From the NCBI GenBank assembly GCA_025558095.1, contig JAIVFI010000001.1, positions 62,001 to 126,000 of the forward strand: a stretch of 64,000 nucleotides of DNA, written 5' to 3'. Origin of the DNA: Hyaloraphidium curvatum SAG 235-1. Lineage: Eukaryota; Fungi; Monoblepharomycota. Position 1 is the stretch's first letter, and each line of letters begins with the position of its first letter. Of the stretch, positions 1 to 11,958 are shown piece by piece. Made by a program: the position numbers and the translations under genes. A model generated the notes under the pieces. That model was not told the origin of the DNA, did not search any database, and worked only from the letters and a program-made list of their open reading frames with translations.

Positions 1-1266
1 GGCCTTGAGCGCGCGGCGGTACCTCCCGTCGGCGCCCTTGCGCGCGATCAGCTCGCGGGCGCCGAGGCGGGCGCTGCTCTCGGGCTGCGGAGGAAGGGCG
101 GATGGGTCAGTTGTGGCGGATAGCGGGCAGAAAGGCGAGGCTACTCACGACGACGATGGGGTAGACACCCCCGCTCGGCGGCGGCGGCGGCTGGCCGCTC
201 GCGTCGGTGGGGATCGGGATGTCCGGGGCGCCCGGAGTGAGAATGGCGTAGTTCGAGTTTGGGGTGAGGGGTGTCGGGTACAGGAGGTTGCAGATGCCGG
301 TGGTGGGGTGTGTGTAGCAGAAGGCCCAGATGTCGCGCTTGCCCAGCCGGCCGATGGGGGGCCCGACGAGCTGCACGAGGGCGTTGCCAACGGGCGTGCC
401 GTTCTGCGTCTTGACCTGTAATCGCATGGAGGAGGGTCAGGAATGGAGCCGGGGCATCGCGGGGGCATGTCTGACCTGGACCGGGATCCGCACCGCCGCG
501 CTCTGTGATGCGGTCACCGTGATCGTCTTTGTCGCCGTCTTGACCGTCGTCGTCTTGATCCGCGTGGTCGTCTTGGTCCGAGTGGTCGTGGAGGTAACTT
601 TGGTGACGCAGCACCTCTCCCCAGACCCGCTGGGGCGGGGCGCGACGCCGCGGGGGCAAGCCTGGCAGTAGTTCCGTGCAAACAGCCTGCGTTCCTCGGC
701 GTCGACAGGGGACTGCTCGACGGGGGCCTCGTCCAAGCCGAGCGGCGCGACGGCGGGCTCCTCATCGGCCGGAGCAGGGGGCAGTGGCTCCTCCGTGGGC
801 GTCTCGAGGATCTCCTCAGCGGGATCCACGGCCTCCTCGGGCTCCTCGTCGTCCTGCCTCGCCTCGAGCCGGCGCCGCACGAGCGTCGTCGTGGTGACCG
901 TGCGCGTCAACGTTCTCGTCCGCTTCACCGTCTTGACCGCCGTCTTGGTCTTGTACTTTGTCACCCGCACCGTCGTCGGGCGCCGGCAGCAGCACCCCAC
1001 TCCGCCCCACGCGCTGGAGGAGCTGCATCCGCCGTGAGTCACCTCCTCGCGCCCGGGGACAACCCGCCGACCCACCACTGCGGGCCCTTGACCCATCCCG
1101 AGCCCGAGTGTTCGTTCGGCGAGACATCCTGCGCGGCGGTGTGGCGCGCGGAGAGGGAGATGGCGAGCGCGAGCGCCAGCGCGGCGAGCGCGAGGAGGGA
1201 CGGCGGCTGCAGCGCGGCGGGCGTCAGCGTTGGGAGCGGTGCGCGGAAGGCGCGCCGGACCTTCAT
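1..1266 (-). CDS. Secreted Cys/Thr/Lys-rich repeat protein, multi-exon, 3' end runs off the window
   Basis: ATG at 1266 leads into a hydrophobic signal (LLALAALALALAISLSA). Intron 1075-1023 (GTGGGT..GCAG) joins it to the frame containing CCCRRPTTVRVTKYKTKT and CCVTKVTSTTTRTKT. Further GT-AG introns near 476-416 and 148-88. Confidence 0.7.
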
Positions 1267-1570
1267 GGGCGGATCTTGCGGTGCGTTGCTCGGCGTGTCG
1301 GTTGTGGATCTGTTGGACGGCGAGCAGATGGTGGAGTGAGTCGGAGGGCGGTGGCGAGTGCGGCCTTTTTCCCTGGCGGGGCGGACGTGGCGCAGCGGGC
1401 GTCCTGACGACGTCATCGCCCAGCGTGCCCGAATCGCCAACAAACGGCTTACAAACCGGCCTCCGCGCCTTTCGGATTCTTTCCACCACCATCGGCACTC
1501 GATGTAGGCGGGTGCGGGGATCCTCTCGCCCCTCTGGAGGTCGCGTTGTCGCAATCGCAGGCTGCGGCAT

Positions 1571-1600
1571 GTCACGTGAATCACGTGAATCATGATTCAC
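1571..1600. promoter_or_regulatory. Tandem TCACGTGA E-boxes plus 16-bp palindrome in a divergent promoter
   Basis: TCACGTGA at 1572-1579 and 1581-1588; perfect palindrome GTGAATCATGATTCAC at 1585-1600; lies between divergent ATGs at 1266 (-) and 2046 (+). Confidence 0.4.
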
Positions 1601-2045
1601 TCGTCCCGCCGAGGCCCACCCGACGACGCTGTCCGTCTCCGCAGCCGGGCTGCACACCGTCATGCGGATCCAAAGAATCGCTCCCGCGCTGCCGGTGCGC
1701 CGCGGTGATCTGATCGCGGCCCGGATCTGCAGGTCTTGCTCCGGCGGGCCCATGCCTCGCCGCTTCTCCCATGCGCCTACACTGATCGAATGGCTGTCAA
1801 TTCTGCTCTGATGCGCCGTCCAGTTGGCTTTTGCGCTTCCGAACGGCCTCCTCCCGGATGGTGGGTGACGGAGACGGGGGCTCCGCGCGGATAGAGGCCC
1901 CAATCCTTCCTCACTCAACCACAGGCAAGATCATCCATCCATTACGATGTATTCCCGGGAATCCGATGTCGTTGGACCCTCCCCTCTCCGGACGGACCCT
2001 GTAGGCGGCGATCGGTTCGCATGCGCCCAACCAAAAAGCACAGAG

Positions 2046-3814
2046 ATGGCCTCCGACGCGCCCGGTGCCTCCTCCGGCGGCCCGCCGCCGGTCCCTCCGG
2101 CGTCCACGAAGCCCGTGCGGGCGCCGGCGGGCCATGGCGTGATCGCCGACGAGCCGCTGCCGGCGGCGCTGCCGGCCCTGAACTCGCCGACCGGCACCGC
2201 GGCATCGGGCGCGCCGAACCCGTTCGCGTCGTCGGAGGACGCCGACGAGGCGCTGGCGAGGCGGCTGCAGGCCGAGGAGGACGAGCAGTACGCGCAGGCG
2301 ATGGCGCGCGCGAGCCTGGCCGGGCCGCCGCCCGGGACCCCGCCGTCGCAGCGGCGCCCGTCGCAGACGCCTCAGCCGTCCCAGCAACCCCAGCCGTCGC
2401 AGTCGGCGGCCGCCAGTCAGCCAGCCGCCGCCGGTCAGCCATCAGCGGGCAGCCAGGGGGCCCAGGGCGGTGCCCAAGGAGGCCAGGTCACCCCTTCGGC
2501 CGACATCCCGGCCGACCCCGCCGCGCCCCTCGCCCCGCCGCACCCGCCCGCCGTGCGCCCCGGCCAGGGCACCGCCGCCGCCGCCGCCATCTACGCCTCA
2601 TCATCGCCGGCTCCGATGGCCCCGATGGCACAGGCCCCCGTGTACGTGCAGTACGGCGTGCCTGCCCCCGCCCTGCCGCTGGGCACCTACGTCGCGCCGG
2701 GGGCCATGGTCGCGCCGGGGCAGGTGATGCCCGGCCAGGTGCTCGTGCAGGGGATGCCGGGGCAGCAGGTGGCCTACGTTCAGGTAACCGACAACGTCCT
2801 CGCCGTCTCCCCTCCTGACCGCCCCGCCGCTCCAGGCCTCTCCGTACCCGATGCAAGCCTACCAACCCATCCCGATCCAACCCGCCCCCGTCCTCATCCA
2901 GCGCGCCCCCACCACCGGTCAGCCCCGTCGCCTCAACAACCGCCCCCCCGTCCGCCCTCCGCCGGGGCAGCAGGGCCTCGTCGGCCCACCTCCCCGGGGC
3001 AAAGCGTGGTGCTTGTTCTGCGGCGCCGACGGCGTGGTGGACATGCACACGCCGCAGGGGATCGCGAGGGACTGGTGCCCGCAGTGCGCGGGCGGGGCGG
3101 TGATCGACCTCGAGGGGCCGGCAAACGGGAACGTGCCGTGCGCCGCGTGCGGGGGTGCGTGGACCCCGACGGGACCGCGTCCGACGATGGTTCTGACCCT
3201 CCCCGCTTGCCGCGACAGGAAACGGCGTGGTCAATGATGAACACATCCCGCAGCCGCAGTCGATCCTCGGCACCGTCGGCTCGGCCGTCACCTCCTTCGG
3301 AACCGCCGTCGGCTCGCTGTTCACCGGCTCGCAGGGACAGCAGCCCGCGCCCCAGCAGAGGCCGGCGGGGCCGATGGCCTACTGCGGCGCGTGCAGGGGG
3401 AGCGGCTGGGTGGTGGGGCAGCCCGTGCCGGTGCAGGGGCAGGGGCAGGGGCAGGGGCAGCAGGTGGGTCTCGCGCTCCCCGGTGGAGGATGTGGGCGGG
3501 CTGACCCGCCACGTTGGATGCAGCACGCACCCCCTCTGGCCGCCCAGCCCGCCGCGTCGCAGCAGGCCCGCCCGCAGCAGACCCCCCCCTCGCCCGCTCC
3601 GGCACAGCAGCCCGCTCCCGCGGCGCAGCCGCCCCGCGCTACGACGCCTCAGCCCTCCGCTCCGGCATCGGCGCCCCAGCCGTCCGCTCCGGCACAGCAG
3701 GGAGGGCAGGCGGCGTTCGCGGCCGCGAACCCGTTCGGCGCGGCGGCGGCCCCTGGGCAGGCCTCGGGCACGGCGACGGGGACGGGGGCGGGGGCGGGAT
3801 CGGGATCTGCGTAG
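2046..3814 (+). CDS. Pro/Gln/Ala-rich protein with UIM-like motifs, two NPF motifs and four DnaJ-type CxxCxGxG-like zinc motifs (4 exons)
   Basis: DADEALARRLQAEEDEQYAQAMARASL; PNPF and ANPF; CLFCGADG, CPQCAGG, CAACGGNG (across a splice) and CGACRGSG. Introns about 2784-2836, 3156-3218, 3464-3522; TAG at 3812-3814. Confidence 0.7.
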
Positions 3815-3869
3815 CCGTCGTGTTTGCAGGCTCCCATCTTTGGGGAATCAAGAACCCATCCGCGACCAA

Positions 3870-5871
3870 TCACACCGCCTCGGAGCCTTCGGCCGGCTTC
3901 TCCCTGACCGCCGCCACCACACCGTCCGCGCCCTCCTTGGCCTCCCCCTCCCCCCCCGCCCCCTTCTCCGCGTCCGCCGCCCCCTTCCGCGTGAGCCTCG
4001 CCTTCTTCAGGAGCATGCTCGAGCACACCACCGCGCACGCCGTCCCCACGACCACGAGGAACATGATGCCGAGCGTGTCCACGTACGCCTGCTGCACCGG
4101 CCGCCTGATCTCGGGGGGCAGCTTGGAGATGAGCGCGGGCGAGTTGACGAAGGGCTCCACGGGCATCCCCGGGGGCAGGTGCTCCCGCAGCCTCGGCACG
4201 AGGGCGTTGTTGTACACCGCGCCGAGCACCGCGATCCCCACGACCGCACCCAGGTTCTGCCAGAAGGCCATGTTGGCCGTGATCACGGCGACCTTGGCCT
4301 GCGTCGTGGAGCCCTGCGCGACGAGCATGTTCATCTGCACGAGGCAGCCGACGCCCATGCCCGCGATCAGCAGGTATCCGACCTGCATGGCCGACGACGA
4401 GTCTAGGTTGAGGGTCGACATGAGGCCGGCGCCGGTGGCGGCGATGGCTCCGCCGAGGGGGATGAACGGCCACGCGAGGCCGGTAACGGAGGCGGTGGCG
4501 CCGCAGACGAGGTTGGTCAGCACGACGCCGAACACGAGGGGGAGCGTGGAGACGCCGGCCTGCGTGGGCGTCTGCCCGTTGGCCACCTGGAGGTAGATGG
4601 GCGTGTAGTACACGAGCCCGAAGAACGTCGAGCCGATGAGGAAGGCGGTGAGGAAGCTGCCGAGGGTGAAGCGGTGCGCGTAGAACTCGGGCGGCAGGAC
4701 GCCGTTCTGCGCGCCGCGGGCCTCCCATGCTACGAACGCGAGGCAGAAGGCGGCGCCGACGCAGAGGAAGCTGATCACGAATGCCGAGTTCCAAGCGTAG
4801 TCGACGCCGCCGGACGTCAGGCCGGTGAGGAAGCATATCACGCCGACGGAGAGCAATGCGGTCCCGATCCAATCCAGCGCGGCGAGACGCTTCAGCACGG
4901 GGAGCTCGTGGGGCTTTCTCGGGATCTTCATGAAGAAGGCGATGGTGAGCACGGTCAGGGCGCCGATGGGGAGGTTGATGAAGAAGCACCAGCGCCAAGT
5001 GAGCTGCTGCGTGAACACGCCTCCGAGTAGCGGGCCGGCGACCGAGGCCAGAGCGAAGCAGGCGCCGACCAGCCCGGCAAACAGCCCCCGCTTCTCCAGC
5101 GGCACGTAGTCCGCGATGATGATCAGCGCCATCGAGAAGATGGCACCCCCACCCAGCCCCGCAACGGCTCTCCCGACAATGAGCACGGGCATGTTTGGGG
5201 CCAGCCCGCAGATGAGCGAGCCCAGCTCGAAAAGGGTGATTGCGATGAGGTACACGGGCTTGCGGCCGACGATGTCGGAGAGCTTGCCGTACGTGGGGAT
5301 AAAGGGGACGGCCTGGCTTGCGGCGGAGCGTAAGACAAGGGGATCAGCGCGGTAGGTGAGGGTTGCGGGGGGGGAGTGAGGTGAGCGGTCGGCCTGGGGT
5401 GACAAGCGCGGGGATGGAACCCACAGTCAAGAAGTACGCGATGCCGATCCATGCGACGCCGCCGGCGGACTTGAATTCCGTCACGATGGAAGGGATGGCT
5501 GCGGAGCACGTTCAGCAGGCCGGACCACCGCCGATATTGCCCGGCGCACCTGTTCCGATGATTGTCTGGTCCAGCGCGGCCAAAAACACGGCGAGCACGA
5601 GGCCGACGAACACCATGACAAAGTCGAACATCTTCATGCCGGGGGGGAGGATGGAGCTCTTGTCCTTCTCGGGTTTCGAAGGGTCGGGTGGCGCCGCGGC
5701 ATCGGGCGCGCGCGGGGAGGGCGGCGGGGAGACCGCATCGGAAGGCGGGGAGGGCGGAGCGGTGCCGCTTGCGAGCGCGATAGAGGCATCGGATGGGGCG
5801 GGGAGGGGCTGCGTGGGTGCAGGGAGCGGCACGGAGTTTGGCGACTCGGGCGGAAGTGCCGCGGGCTCCAT
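3870..5871 (-). CDS. MFS drug:H+ antiporter, 14-TMS DHA2 family
   Basis: FLAALDQTII, YGKLSDIVGRK (motif A), GPLLGG..WRWCFFINLPIG; many TM helices; short introns in the 5' part. Confidence 0.92.
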
Positions 5872-6310
5872 CGTCCTGGGGGCGCTGCGGCGCGGTGTGC
5901 CGAACAAAAGGGGTCTGGAAAGCTTTCGGAGAACGATTCGAGGTACCCTCTCGAAAGTGGAAGGCTCCTCGGTGTCTGAAAGTGATTGTTGGTTTGTGCG
6001 AGTGGGTTGTCCCTTGCGGGCGGCCACGTATGAGTCACTCGAAAGTTTAGGCGTTTCTCGGTAAATCGATCTTCCGCCCGCAAGGCGGGCCGCAGGGCCC
6101 TCCGACGTCAGTATCCAATGCCGACATTTCGGTTTTCGAGCGGGATTCCACTGAATCTGGAGCGTTGGGGACGGTTCGGGAACCGGCGGCCCGCAAAGAT
6201 GGATACGGCAAAAGAACCGATTCCGCCGCCGAGCTGGCCGTCCTCAGCAGCGAAGTGGCCCGCCTGATGGTTGCGCGCTGGCCGGCTGCATTGGAGTTCG
6301 TCAACCCGAC

Positions 6311-7003
6311 ATGTTGATGTCGCTCTTTGCGCTGCGGGAGATTGCCCGGCACGGTCCCGGCGTGCCGAGCGTGTTCATCGAGCTCAAACCGACCGAATCC
6401 GCGTTCGAGTGGATCCGGGCCCTCCCCGCGAAGGCGGTTTCTCTCATCCACACCTGCAACTCCGTCAGCTGGAGTCTTCTCTCGGACCTCTGCGAGTTCG
6501 CGAGCTTCGATCCTTATGCCGTGGAAGTTCGTTCCTACGGCATGGACGAGCCGCGTGAACGTGTCCTGGCATCGCTCCTCAAGCGGCGCTCACTCCAGGC
6601 TCTGGAGCTATACGACGTTACTCTGCCGACGACCTCGTCGTTCTTCCGCATGCTCCCGCGGCGGGACGACGAAGCCGTATACACAATGTGGGACGTCGAG
6701 CTCCGCGGCGCGGACGCGGCTCAACTCGCCTGCATCCGATCTTCCCTTTGCTCGTTCAAGGGCGGGCTGTCTTTAACCCTCACTTTGCCCCCGGGCGATG
6801 TCCCGGATGCCGCAGGGGCCGCCGCGATCGTGCGCGGACTGGGTTTCTGGGCAGCGGCGGCGGGAGATCCCTCGATCCGTGCGGTGTTCGACCCCTCCGA
6901 GATCGAAGCGAAGGAAGTGCCGGGCCTCGTGGCGCAGGCGGGGGGGCAGGTGGAAGGGGGGGCCTTTGGGGGAGAGAGTCGCGGGACGCTCCGCACCGCG
7001 TAG
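6311..7003 (+). CDS. Hypothetical protein; true start uncertain
   Basis: 230-aa ORF with normal globular amino-acid composition, unlike the Arg/Pro-rich shadow ORFs; no family recognised. Confidence 0.45.
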   Translation: MLMSLFALREIARHGPGVPSVFIELKPTESAFEWIRALPAKAVSLIHTCNSVSWSLLSDLCEFASFDPYAVEVRSYGMDEPRERVLASLLKRRSLQALELYDVTLPTTSSFFRMLPRRDDEAVYTMWDVELRGADAAQLACIRSSLCSFKGGLSLTLTLPPGDVPDAAGAAAIVRGLGFWAAAAGDPSIRAVFDPSEIEAKEVPGLVAQAGGQVEGGAFGGESRGTLRTA

Positions 7004-7354
7004 GGGACGGAAGCAACACGGAGGTCGCCCCCATCCGATCCGCAAGTCCGTCCCATTCCGATCAATTCCACGTCGTTCCGTTCCCCCCGCGCTAACAGCT
7101 GCGCCGGGGAGCCTCTTCCCGCGCAACCGCAAGGGGAAGCCGCAGGACGCGGACCGACCGGAGAGCGACTTTCACTCCGCCTCGAACCCGCCGGGCTCCC
7201 CATCGGATCCGCAAGTCCATGCACCGTCCATCCACCCGATACGATCGGTCCCGTGTCGTTCCGGCCCGCCGCACCGGCGCGTGACTGACGGGTTTCTTCG
7301 ACATTCGGCTGGTGACCCTCAGGCACCATCCCCAAACCGAGTCCCGTGCAACGA

Positions 7355-8101
7355 ATGGCCATTCGCTGCGTTCTCATGCGCTGCTGCGGCGGGCACGCCC
7401 ACTCCGTGTGGGAGAACGTCGCCGCGGAGTACGCCGGCGATCTCTCGTCGTGGCTGTGCGCGGTGTGGGACGACTCGGGCGCGCTGCACCCCGCGCTCGC
7501 GGGCTTCGCGCTCCTCCGCACCCGCGAGGAGGCGGTCGCGTGGGTCCGCGGCACGGGGGCGGCGGAGGTGCACGCGTTCGCGGGCCACGGGCTGCCGGGC
7601 GTGCGGCGTGAGCTGGTGGCGGGGATGCGGGCCGCGTTCCCCTCGGAGCTGCAGGGGGTGCCGCGGCTCGTGTGGCCCAACGCCGTGCATCCGACGGCGT
7701 ACGTGCCCGAGGGTTTCGAGATGGGGGAGGGCAACCTCGTCGGTTCGTTCACGAAGCTCGGGCCGCACGCGCGCGTGGGGAGCTTCTGCATGATTGGCGC
7801 GCACTGCCTCGTGGCGCACGACGCCGTCGTTCACGACTATGCCCAGATGAACGCGGCCAACGTCCTCGGGGGCCACTCGGTCCTGGGCGAAGGATGCGTG
7901 ATGGGGATCAACTCCTGCGCCGCAGACCACGCCGAAATCGCCCCCTGGACGCGAATCGGGATGAACGCCGCGCTGGTGAGGAGCATCACGGTCGGGGGAG
8001 GGGTGTGGATCGGGACGCCGGCGAGGCCGATGGCCAGGAAGCGGGAGGGGAAGGAGGGGCCGGGGGAGCATCGGGGGGAGGCGGCGGCGGCGAAGATGTA
8101 G
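7355..8101 (+). CDS. Hexapeptide-repeat sugar O/N-acetyltransferase, NeuD/PglD-like; intronless
   Basis: N-terminal CGGHAHSV resembles GAGGHA; VHPTAYV, left-handed beta-helix repeats, VAHDAVV with the conserved His, and C-terminal VWIGTPARPM. Confidence 0.85.
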   Translation: MAIRCVLMRCCGGHAHSVWENVAAEYAGDLSSWLCAVWDDSGALHPALAGFALLRTREEAVAWVRGTGAAEVHAFAGHGLPGVRRELVAGMRAAFPSELQGVPRLVWPNAVHPTAYVPEGFEMGEGNLVGSFTKLGPHARVGSFCMIGAHCLVAHDAVVHDYAQMNAANVLGGHSVLGEGCVMGINSCAADHAEIAPWTRIGMNAALVRSITVGGGVWIGTPARPMARKREGKEGPGEHRGEAAAAKM

Positions 8102-8942
8102 GGCAGCCAGAATCGTACCGAGCCTTCTCGTTCTGCGCCCGAAGTGCAAACGACGGTCCGTTTACCCCCCCTTTGCGCCGGCTCGGCGGCGCGTTGGGAT
8201 CCCCCGCGCGGTTCCCGGCCGAAAGGCTGGGCGTGGCGAATGAGGGTGGCAAGCCACGGTGGCAAGGCGGATCCTGGCCCGGAGAATGCCTGGGCGCCGT
8301 GCGCGTGAATCTCCAGTCAGGGAAGGCAAAGACCCATCAACCGCAGGGCCTCACTGCCGGTGCGCGTCTCCGACGGACGACGCCGGTGATCGTGGCCGTC
8401 AGCATCCCGCACCTTTCCCGCCGGCGCCGTTTTCCCGCGCGCCGATTTCCCGTGCGCTGCGGCTCGAGGTTCCCGCCTTCGGATGGGCTTGGCCACCCGT
8501 CGCCCGCGCACTGTTGCTCGGCGGACTGTGCTATTGCCTGCAATAGCAAGGGTTGCCGACGGGTCCGCCGGCAGGCGATGCGAGCTGAATGCCGGGGAGC
8601 ATGTTGCGGCGACGCGCGGCGGGAAGCCCAGGCCGCCTTGCCGCCGTGGTGGGGGTGGTTGGAACGCGGGCGTGCGTCCCTGCCGGACAGCGGGCGTCGC
8701 GTCAACGCTACTACGCCATTTGGAGTCGAACCCGAGGGCAAGGGGTTGCAGGATGCGAGGCGGTGGGAATGCCGAGAGCGGGATCGGCGGCTTCGATTCA
8801 TTTGGACGTTCGGGACCGTCAGGAACGGCGGCTGGGGACTGGCTGCATCCCCGTCCCTCGAATAGGACGCTGCTTCCAAAGATCGAGGATCCGGCCGCAG
8901 AAACCCACCACCGTCAGCACCCCTCCCGCCCGTCTCCACGCG

Positions 8943-9870
8943 ATGTCGCACGACGCCCTGCCGCCCGCGCTGCTCCGCGCGCTCGCCGCGCTGACGTCGC
9001 CGCCGCCCGAGCCGCCGCCGCGGCTGCACGACTGGGCCGCGCCCGCCGCCTGGCCGACGCGCCACGCGATGCCCGGCGCCGACCTCGCGGCGCTGCTGCG
9101 CGGCGACCTCGCCGTCCGCCGCCCCTCCGGCTCTCAGCACCCGCCGCCGCACACCCCCGCCGCCGCCACCGGCTGGCCCGCCGGCTGGCCCGACTCCCTC
9201 TTTGCCCCCGCCCTGCCCGCCCTCCCCGCCACGTCGACGCACCTCCCGCTGTCCGCCTTCCTCGCGCCGGCCCTGCCCGCAGCAAGCGACCCGTTCGCCC
9301 TCTTCGCCGCAGACCTCTTCGGCCTGCCCCCCCCGCACGCCGCCGGCCTGCCGTCGCCCCCGATCACCCCCGCCGCCGAGCCCGCGGCGCTGTGGACCCC
9401 GGTCTCCCGCCCGACCTCGCTCAACGCCGCCGCGCCGGGCGGCCACGCAAGGGCGTTCCCGCTCGCCGCAGAGGGGTACTTCTGGGACTTTCCCGCGAAC
9501 CCCGCCGCCGCCGCCGTCAAGGAGGAGCCCGAGCCGGAGCAGGAGGAGGAGGTGGAGAAGAAGGGCAAGGCCGGGAAGGGGAAGAAGCAGCGCGCGGCCG
9601 CCGGCCCCCCGCGCCCGCACCGCTGCAAAACCTGCGGCAAGCGGTTCCTCTCCTCCGGGGTGCGTGCCCTCCTTCGTCCGCCTTCCCTAAATGCCATGCT
9701 GACCCTCCCGCCCCGTTTGGCAGCACCTCTCCCGGCACCGCTACATCCACGCCCCCGACCCGCTCAAGCCGCACCCGTGCCCCATCGAGGGCTGCGAGCG
9801 GCGGTTCGCGCGGAGCGACAACATGCGGGTGCACTGGAACGCGCATAAGAAGCAGCTCGGGATGGCTTGA
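8943..9870 (+). CDS. C2H2 zinc-finger transcription factor, Nrg1-like finger pair
   Basis: Removing intron 9660-9723 gives CKTCGKRFLSSGHLSRHRYIH followed by CPIEGCERRFARSDNMRVHWNAH; TGA at 9868-9870. Confidence 0.88.
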
Positions 9871-10293
9871 TGGATGCGGGGGGATGGATGGACGGTGAAG
9901 GATGGATGTGGTGCGCCGCCTTTGGATCGGGATCGCGAGCGGGGCGGCGAGGCGTATGGCGGGGCGGGGTATCAATACAGAACAAGCTTTCCTCGAACTG
10001 ATCCGGATTGAGCCCGTCGCGTTGCGAAGGGTCCTGGTCTTGCTTTTGGCCGCGTGCCCGACCGTGCTTGGAACGGGGCGGCGCGAGCCGGCCCACGGCG
10101 ACAGGCTGGCCTCAAGGATGGCCGTGCGGGAGCTCGGAGCGCTCGTCCGTGCAGCTGCAGGTTCCTGCGGATGGCTTGCTCGCGGATGCCTCTGTTCTCG
10201 ACTGCTGCTCGCGTCTCTTGTTCACGTGCCCGCGCAAGGGATCAGGCTCAACTCTCCTCCCTCTCACTCGCTTCCCCACCCGCCCAACCCGCG

Positions 10294-11463
10294 ATGGAGA
10301 CCGTCACCGCCCTCCTCGCCGACGCCTCGGCCAAAACGGGCCTGCCCAAGTGGCTGATCGGGGGCGCCGCCGCCGGCGTGACCTACCTGGCCGGCCGCGC
10401 GCTCCTCTCGGCCGCCTTCCCCCCGCGCCGCCTGTCGCCCTCCGAGGCCGCGCTGCTCCCCGTCGTCGTCACCGGGTGCGACACGGGTTTCGGCAACCTC
10501 ACGGCGATCGCGCTCTCCGAAAAGGGGTTCAAGGTCTACGCGGGCTGCCTGACCGACGCCGGCATCGCCGGCCTGCAGGCTGGCAACCACTCCAACCTGA
10601 CGGCGTTCAAGCTCGACGTGACCAAGGACGCCGACGTCGCGTCCATGCGCGCGATGCTGGAGAAGGAGTGCCCCGGGGGGATCTACTGCCTCGTCAACAA
10701 CGCCGGCCTGCACGCGGCCTACAAGTGGGAGCTCTCCCCCATGGATCTCGTGGAAAAGGACATGGCGGTCAACTACTTTGGCGCCGTGCGGGTCGGCGTG
10801 CAGCTCGCCCCCCTCCTCCGGCTTTTCGCGAAATCCAACGGCGACGCCATCGCCGCGGGCAAGCTCCCCAAGCCGCGGCTGGTGATCGTCACCTCCTCTG
10901 CCGGGTGGTACCCCTCCTCCCCGTACGGCCCCTACGCCGCCTCCAAGCACGCCGCCCGCGTTTTTGCCATCACCTTCCGGCAGGAGCTCGCCGCCCACGG
11001 CGTGCTCGTCTCCTCCGTCGAGCCCTTCTTCGCCCGCACGCCCTTCATCACCGTTGTCGACGAGCGCAAGATCGCCAGGGTGCTTTCGCAGCCCCCCGAG
11101 GTGCTGGACGCGTACAACGGCGCCGAGGACATCAGGAAGCGCATGTCGAGGAGCGGGTTCCACACCGCCGTGCCCAAGGGCATCCTCGAACCAAGCGTGG
11201 TGGTCGACTCGCTGGTCGCCCAAACCGAACTCGTGCGTGTGTCGCCTGCCCGCCCGCCCCGCCGGGCACGAAGCTGACCCCCTCCCGCTGCGCAGTGGAA
11301 GCCGCAGGAGCACGCCGTGGTCGGGACCACCGCCCGCATCCTGGAAAAGATCGCGCCGCTGCTGTCGCCGGCGCAGGTCGACGGGATCGCGGCCAACTTC
11401 GAGGCCGAGGGGCTGGAGAAGCCGGTCAAGGTTAGGGAGGAGAAGGTGAAGGTCGCGGCGTGA
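10294..11463 (+). CDS. Short-chain dehydrogenase/reductase (retinol DH / 17-beta-HSD / BDH1-like)
   Basis: TGCDTGFG, LVNNAG, YAASK catalytic motif; intron about 11233-11295; TGA at 11461-11463. Confidence 0.9.
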
Positions 11464-11679
11464 AGGGGCGGGTCGTATAGAGGGTCATTCGCGTACAGTA
11501 TCCGGCTCGATCCGTTCGGAAGGACAGGCCCGGTCGTGCGATCGACGGATTCGGGGAAAGGCGGACGCGCGACCGCCACGACAGCCCCGGCCCGCATCCC
11601 GGATCCCGCTCCGTGCGCCCCGTTCCGGCTTGTCCCCGCGCGTGCTCCTGTTTTCGCATGCCCGCGAGCTTGCACCCGC

Positions 11680-11958
11680 CGGCCGGGAGCCCGTGGTTCG
11701 GGCGGCGCGCGCCGGAATTGCGCGCCGAGCTCCCGTCGGCCGAACCCAACCGAGATGGAGCGTCGCCCGTCATTCACGGTCCGTTACCGGTCTTTTCGCG
11801 TCGGGAACAATCCGAATCTCCCGCCGAGGGCGGCAGTCGGGCCCCGCGGTGTCCAGTTCCATCCGCGACACCCCCCGTTGCCGCGGGTCCCGCTTGCGAG
11901 GACGCCGCGCCGCTTGAGGCCAACCCTAGATGCCCACACCCCAAGCAACCCACCGAAA
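11680..11958 (+). repeat. Diverged direct repeat, copy A (partner at about 13074-13345)
   Basis: Shared ordered blocks CCGGAATTGCGCGCCG, TTACCGGTCTTTTCGCGTCG, GGGCCCCGCGGTGTCCAGT and CTTGAGGCCAACCCT. Confidence 0.8.

Noticed and set aside
6030-6038. ATGAGTCAC AP-1/Gcn4-like site upstream of the MFS gene
   Set aside because: A single short motif; plausible but not distinguishable from chance.
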